From positions 579 through 64,578 of the forward strand of contig JAPOOK010000036.1 of the NCBI GenBank assembly GCA_026713485.1: a DNA stretch of 64,000 nucleotides, in the 5' to 3' direction. Of the stretch, positions 60,636 to 64,000 are shown piece by piece. The notes beneath the pieces were generated by a model. It had not been told where the DNA came from and made no database searches. It saw only the letters and a list, made by a program, of their open reading frames with translations. The DNA is from Chloroflexota bacterium. GTDB taxonomy: Bacteria; Chloroflexota; Dehalococcoidia; UBA6926. The number at the start of each line of letters is the position of its first letter. The stretch's first letter is position 1. Made by a program: the position numbers and the translations under genes.

Positions 60636-60668
60636 CCTTCCCCTTTTGTTGGGGGAAGGGCTTTTCCT
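60636..60668 (+). terminator. rho-independent terminator candidate after the DUF35 gene
   Basis: Stem CCTTCCCC-TTTTGTT-GGGGAAGG followed by GCTTTTCCTGTT. Confidence 0.5.
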
Positions 60669-60690
60669 GTTGCGGATTGTTGTGACCCTG

Positions 60691-61157
60691 GGGGAACGCA
60701 TCGCTTCTTGGTCCCTGGCTGCGCGTCAGTCGAGTTTTTGCGCGGTGTCTGTTACTGCTCGGTGGCATTTGCGTGCCGCGCGTTGGGCCGCCGCCCTTCC
60801 GCGCACGGGCCGTCCGCCGTGGACGCGCCGTGCGGTCGCCATTAGTGACGCGGGATCAGCGCGCCAAGGTGACTCCCGCTCTTCTGATCAAACGACGTAC
60901 GCCGCCGTCAGCTGCGGTGGCCGAGGCCGCGCCGTTTCCGGCGCTGACCCGTGGGCTCGGCTCGTCATATCACGGAATCCCCGGCGACATCGGCTGCGTG
61001 GGGAAACCGGACGCATCCTGAGAGGCTCGAACGGGTCGGGTTCAGTGAGTCGCTCAGGGCAACGGGCGGGCCAATTCAGCTTACGGCCTTATGCGACCGC
61101 ATAGCTGTGGTTATCCGGCCGGTATGTCCGGGATCAAGGTAGCGATGCGTTCCCCCG
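60691..61157. other. GC-rich non-coding segment closed by a 16-nt inverted repeat (GGGGGAACGCATCGCT ... AGCGATGCGTTCCCCC)
   Basis: Exact reverse-complement 16-mers at 60691..60706 and 61142..61157. No credible ORF in any frame. Confidence 0.5.
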
Positions 61158-61309
61158 TGGGGCGTGCCCTCCATTGCTCGCCCTGGGATTGGCGGCGGCG
61201 CGGGTGTCGACGTTCCGGGCTGCCGGTTGTATGGCTTGACGGGGGTGAGAATAGGACAAGTGTTTTGCGTTGGTCAAGGTGGAGTGGCAGGTGGAGAGAA
61301 AGGATACAG

Positions 61310-62569
61310 CTAAACGGCAGACGCCACGACGCTGTTCAAAAACGCATCGTGACAGAGTTCACCTGAATCGCACTCCGGGCACTCGACGTGGAACGCGAGA
61401 TCAACCCATGCTGCGTCAGTTTCGGCAACATCCTCATGTTCATCACTCATAGCGCGCCGAATACGGAGAGTGGAAGAGATCGCATAGACTCCCAATCCTG
61501 CGGCAGTCAACGGCAAGGCTATGGGAGCAAGTATTGTGCCGCCGCCCATGGCAACAACCAATACCATTGCACCACCAACCGCCGCTCCGGCCGCACCAGC
61601 TTTAGTAGTGTCCGCTACGACCTGCCTGGTCGCTTCGGTGCCAGATTCTCGGCCTTTCTTTACGTGAACAAGGTTCTCAGCAACGCTGACGGGGGCCTCA
61701 AGCACAGCTGACCAGATGGCTCCTTTCGCCGCGCCGCCCGCCATTCTCTTGGCGACGATACCTGACGCATCTACGAGGTTCCTGGTCTTAATCCACCGAA
61801 GTTCCAAGCGGCGGATATTGTCTGAACCCCTTTTGATGTTACTGGCAGCCCGTTCCCATATGATGTTCGACGACAACCCTGCTTTGGACGGGGCATTGGC
61901 GACGGACTCAATATGGCTGGCAGTTTTGCCTTTCAAGAAAGCGGACACTTCGCCGAGGTTGCGTACAGAGCGCGGGACAGACTGAGTGTAGAACTCAGCG
62001 GCCTCCGCAGCGTTGCGAATGCCACGAGTCTTTCCAAGGCCCGCCCTCATCATTCTTCGCTGGAGATTTGTGGGAAGGCCAGTGAATTTGCCGGAGACGC
62101 CCTTCGGGATGGCTCGGCCCGCTGCGCCGATAATATTGCCGCCTCTTGCCGCGACCGTGGCAATCATTTCCGTTGTCTGACGAACGGTCTTTAGGCGCCG
62201 TGGCCTTTGCTCCGTTGAATCGTTAAAGTCATGGTCAGGGGAAGCAGCCAGAGATTGCTCGTCTTCGCCAACGACAAGGAAGGTCTCCGTCAAGATGGGC
62301 TGCCCCGCGAGAAAGGGGTGGTCGCAGTACCCGCAAGTGCCGTCATCCAATGCTGCAATTGGCTCTCTATGGAATGAGTACGCTACCAGGCAAGACGGGA
62401 CATCACCACACTCCTCGCATCTCAAGTGGAGAACGGCGAACTCAAGGGGCTCGTGGCTGTTATCTCCATTTTGTGACGTGGCCACAACGGAGATACAAAG
62501 ACTACTCGCCGCAATCAAATGGTCGCATTGGGAGCAAGTCGTATCCTCATCGGAGGTCCGGAAATACAT
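61310..62569 (-). CDS. hypothetical Cys-rich membrane protein (N-terminal CxxC pairs, C-terminal glycine-zipper-like TM region and a terminal CPECDSGELC ribbon); lower GC than its surroundings
   Basis: Long ORF with no family assigned. Trimmed to the internal Met because the 5' extension overlaps tRNA-Gly. GC is visibly lower (about 55%). Confidence 0.45.
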   Translation of the reverse strand: MYFRTSDEDTTCSQCDHLIAASSLCISVVATSQNGDNSHEPLEFAVLHLRCEECGDVPSCLVAYSFHREPIAALDDGTCGYCDHPFLAGQPILTETFLVVGEDEQSLAASPDHDFNDSTEQRPRRLKTVRQTTEMIATVAARGGNIIGAAGRAIPKGVSGKFTGLPTNLQRRMMRAGLGKTRGIRNAAEAAEFYTQSVPRSVRNLGEVSAFLKGKTASHIESVANAPSKAGLSSNIIWERAASNIKRGSDNIRRLELRWIKTRNLVDASGIVAKRMAGGAAKGAIWSAVLEAPVSVAENLVHVKKGRESGTEATRQVVADTTKAGAAGAAVGGAMVLVVAMGGGTILAPIALPLTAAGLGVYAISSTLRIRRAMSDEHEDVAETDAAWVDLAFHVECPECDSGELCHDAFLNSVVASAV

Positions 62570-62599
62570 GAGGGTGACCTTCCTCAAGGCAGAAAGAGA

Positions 62600-62674
62600 T
62601 GGAGCGGAAGACGGGATTTGAACCCGCGACCTTCTCCTTGGCAAGGAGACGCGCTACCACTGCGCCACTTCCGC
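62600..62674 (-). tRNA. tRNA-Gly (anticodon GCC), CCA encoded
   Basis: The reverse complement reads GCGGAAGTGGCGCAGTGGTAGCGCGTCTCCTTGCCAAGGAGAAGGTCGCGGGTTCAAATCCCGTCTTCCGCTCCA. Confidence 0.9.
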
Positions 62675-62701
62675 CTGTCCGACTTAAATCGCTCTCGCAT
62701 G

Positions 62702-62774
62702 TGCCGAGGGGCAGAGTTGAACTGCCGACACCGCGATTTTCAGTCGCGTGCTCTACCACCTGAGCTACCTCGGC
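62702..62774 (-). tRNA. tRNA-Phe (anticodon GAA)
   Basis: The reverse complement reads GCCGAGGTAGCTCAGGTGGTAGAGCACGCGACTGAAAATCGCGGTGTCGGCAGTTCAACTCTGCCCCTCGGCA. Confidence 0.9.
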
Positions 62775-62882
62775 TTGGTGCGAAACGTGCAATACAGCTT
62801 AATTTGGCGGGGCGGACGTGTCAAAGGAATTGGGGGTCGTATTCACTTGATGGGCGTTACGGGAAGTGGTTGCGCTCCAGGA

Positions 62883-62925
62883 TTCAGATTCCCGCCTACG
62901 CGGGAATGACGAAGTGGGGACGGGG
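62883..62925. repeat. REP-like palindromic repeat unit (GATTCAGATTCCCGCCTACGCGGGAATGACGAAGTGGGG)
   Basis: 7-bp stem TTCCCGC/GCGGGAA plus the TGACG core. Near-identical copy at 63941..63980. Confidence 0.6.
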
Positions 62926-62927
62926 GT

Positions 62928-62965
62928 GATGGAGAGAGGTGGGGGTGATGGAGAGAGGTGGGGGT
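62928..62965. repeat. perfect tandem direct repeat, 2 x 19 nt (GGTGATGGAGAGAGGTGGG)
   Basis: Read directly from the sequence. Lies between two REP-like units. Confidence 0.7.
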
Positions 62966-63002
62966 GGCTTTCAGGTATGGTTGGCGTTACAGGGGCTTAA
63001 GA

Positions 63003-63040
63003 TTCCTCGGCTGCGCTCGGAATGACAGAGGGGCACAGGG
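63003..63040. repeat. REP-like repeat unit (TTCCTCGGCTGCGCTCGGAATGACAGAGGGG)
   Basis: Same unit as at 57713..57740. Confidence 0.55.
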
Positions 63041-63047
63041 AGACACG

Positions 63048-63875
63048 ATGCCGGAGGCGCCGGAGTTGGCCGTTGTGCGGGAGGTGCTGGAGCGCCGCGT
63101 CGTGGGCGCGGTGGTGGAGTCGGCTCGCATTGTTCGGCCTACCGTGCTTCGTACGCTTTCGGAGATTGACGTTGCCTCGGACATTGAGGGGCGCTTGTTT
63201 GAGGGCGTGTCGCGCTACGGCAAGAGCGTTACCCTGACCGTCTCCGACGGTATGGCGCTTGTAATCTTCCCGATGCTCACCGGTAGGCTGCGGCTGTCAG
63301 CGCCCAAAGACAGGATCACCAAGACGGTTAGTCTCAGCCTCGGTCTCTCCAACGGCATCGATCTGCGCTACCTGGATGATCGGCAGATGGGAATGTTGTA
63401 CTACGCGCCGACGGATCGTCTCACCGAGATTCCTCGTCTGGAGGAAACCGGGCCGGACGTTTTGGATGAGCCGCTGAGCCTTGACGAATTCGCGTCGCGG
63501 CTACGCCGATTCAGCGGCGAGATCAAGGGAATCCTGACACGGGGCGCGCTTGTCGCAGGCATCGGCAACGCATACTCGGACGAGATTGTGTGGGAGGCCG
63601 GCATCTCGCCGTTCCGCCGCCGAGCGGATTTATCGGCGGACGAAATCGCCCGGTTGCACGCCGCAGTCTACGCTGTTCCGCGCCACGCGGTTGTCGCGTT
63701 ACGTGAGCTAATAGGCGAGGATATTCACCTTGAGCGGCGCGAATGGCTGTCCGTTCATGGCAAGGCGAACAAGGAATGCCCGCGTTGTGGTGGTCGCATC
63801 AGCCGCCTCAGTGCCAACCGCCGCATCACGGATTACTGCATGACCTGCCAGCCGGGGCTGCTGATCAGGAACTAG
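63048..63875 (+). CDS. mutM: formamidopyrimidine-DNA glycosylase (Fpg/MutM, Fpg/Nei family)
   Basis: MPEAPELAVVREVLERR N-terminus (catalytic Pro2/Glu3). C-terminal zinc finger CPRCGGRISRLSANRRITDYCMTCQ. Confidence 0.85.
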   Translation: MPEAPELAVVREVLERRVVGAVVESARIVRPTVLRTLSEIDVASDIEGRLFEGVSRYGKSVTLTVSDGMALVIFPMLTGRLRLSAPKDRITKTVSLSLGLSNGIDLRYLDDRQMGMLYYAPTDRLTEIPRLEETGPDVLDEPLSLDEFASRLRRFSGEIKGILTRGALVAGIGNAYSDEIVWEAGISPFRRRADLSADEIARLHAAVYAVPRHAVVALRELIGEDIHLERREWLSVHGKANKECPRCGGRISRLSANRRITDYCMTCQPGLLIRN

Positions 63876-63940
63876 GCCGGCCCTCTTCTTAAAGGGAGAG
63901 GGGTTTCTCGTTGACGGAACGACTTTCGGGAGGCTCAGTG

Positions 63941-63990
63941 AGATTCAGATTCCCGCCTTCGCGGGAATGACGGGGGGCGCGAATGAGGGG
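63941..63990. repeat. REP-like palindromic repeat unit (GATTCAGATTCCCGCCTTCGCGGGAATGACGGGGGG)
   Basis: Stem TTCCCGC/GCGGGAA plus the TGACGG core. Sits downstream of the fpg terminator-like hairpin. Confidence 0.6.
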
Positions 63991-64000
63991 TGGATGATGA

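Noticed and set aside
60646-61104. 152-aa ORF (and overlapping 60773..61021, 60951..61142, 61091..61366) in the long intergenic gap
   Set aside because: Extremely Arg/Gly/Ala-rich low-complexity translation, typical of out-of-frame reading of GC-rich DNA. No start context or RBS. Treated as non-coding.
60566-61310. Possibility that the non-coding gap encodes RNase P RNA, tmRNA or SRP RNA
   Set aside because: Could not find the universal P4 motifs (GGAAAGTCCGG / ACAGAANCCGGCTTA), a tmRNA tag-reading frame with a tRNA-like 3' end, or the SRP AGGUCCGGAAGGAAGCAGC motif on either strand. Left as an unclassified structured-RNA/MITE candidate.
62570-62644. First 25 codons of ORF 61310..62644
   Set aside because: They overlap the tRNA-Gly gene on the same strand. 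The coding start was moved to the first internal Met (62569).
62547-62792. 81-aa ORF spanning both tRNA genes
   Set aside because: It is simply the tRNA-Gly/tRNA-Phe sequence read as protein.

Overview
This 64-kb window is a high-GC (about 62-65%) bacterial chromosomal segment, almost fully coding, with PT-rich linker lipoproteins typical of Chloroflexota or Actinobacteria-like genomes. Reading left to right: glycolysis genes (5'-truncated archaeal-type phosphoglycerate mutase, tpiA), a Gfo/Idh/MocA oxidoreductase, miaA and dapF. On the opposite strand is an operon of four tandem, translationally coupled MFS transporter paralogs. Then come dapL (LL-diaminopimelate aminotransferase), a CcdA-like thiol-disulfide membrane protein, an ArsR regulator facing an AttH/CrtC-like lipoprotein, a GNAT enzyme, and an ECF sigma / anti-sigma pair upstream of a heterodimeric ABC exporter. 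Next are a TetR regulator with a UbiD-UbiA-UbiX (mqnL/P/M-like) prenylation/decarboxylation cluster and a NitT/TauT-type ABC importer. On the minus strand lies a peptide-type ABC permease locus with one DppC-like and three tandem DppB-like permease paralogs, two of which carry a duplicated TTGACA-N17-TAGCAT promoter/leader. Housekeeping genes follow: argC, nth, tldD/tldE, a HEAT protein, NUDIX, GNAT, RidA, rnd, pcrA/uvrD, a ThDP enzyme and speH-speE. The right third holds a steroid-side-chain-type acyl-CoA catabolic module: two FadE-like acyl-CoA dehydrogenases, an unusual fused double family-III CoA-transferase, a split MaoC hydratase pair, and an Ltp2-like thiolase/aldolase plus a DUF35 protein. 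This module is interrupted by an odd zinc-finger / coiled-coil / TM / CAP-domain protein and a DUF433-DUF5615 toxin-antitoxin pair. The window ends with a ~750-bp GC-rich non-coding stretch bounded by a 16-nt long-range inverted repeat, a lower-GC tRNA-adjacent gene for a Cys-rich glycine-zipper-like membrane protein, tRNA-Gly(GCC) and tRNA-Phe(GAA), a REP-like palindromic repeat family (core GGAATGACRG) in several intergenic spaces, and fpg/mutM. No CRISPR arrays, rRNA or recognisable transposases were seen. All family assignments come from reading the translated ORFs for known motifs; nothing was searched against databases.
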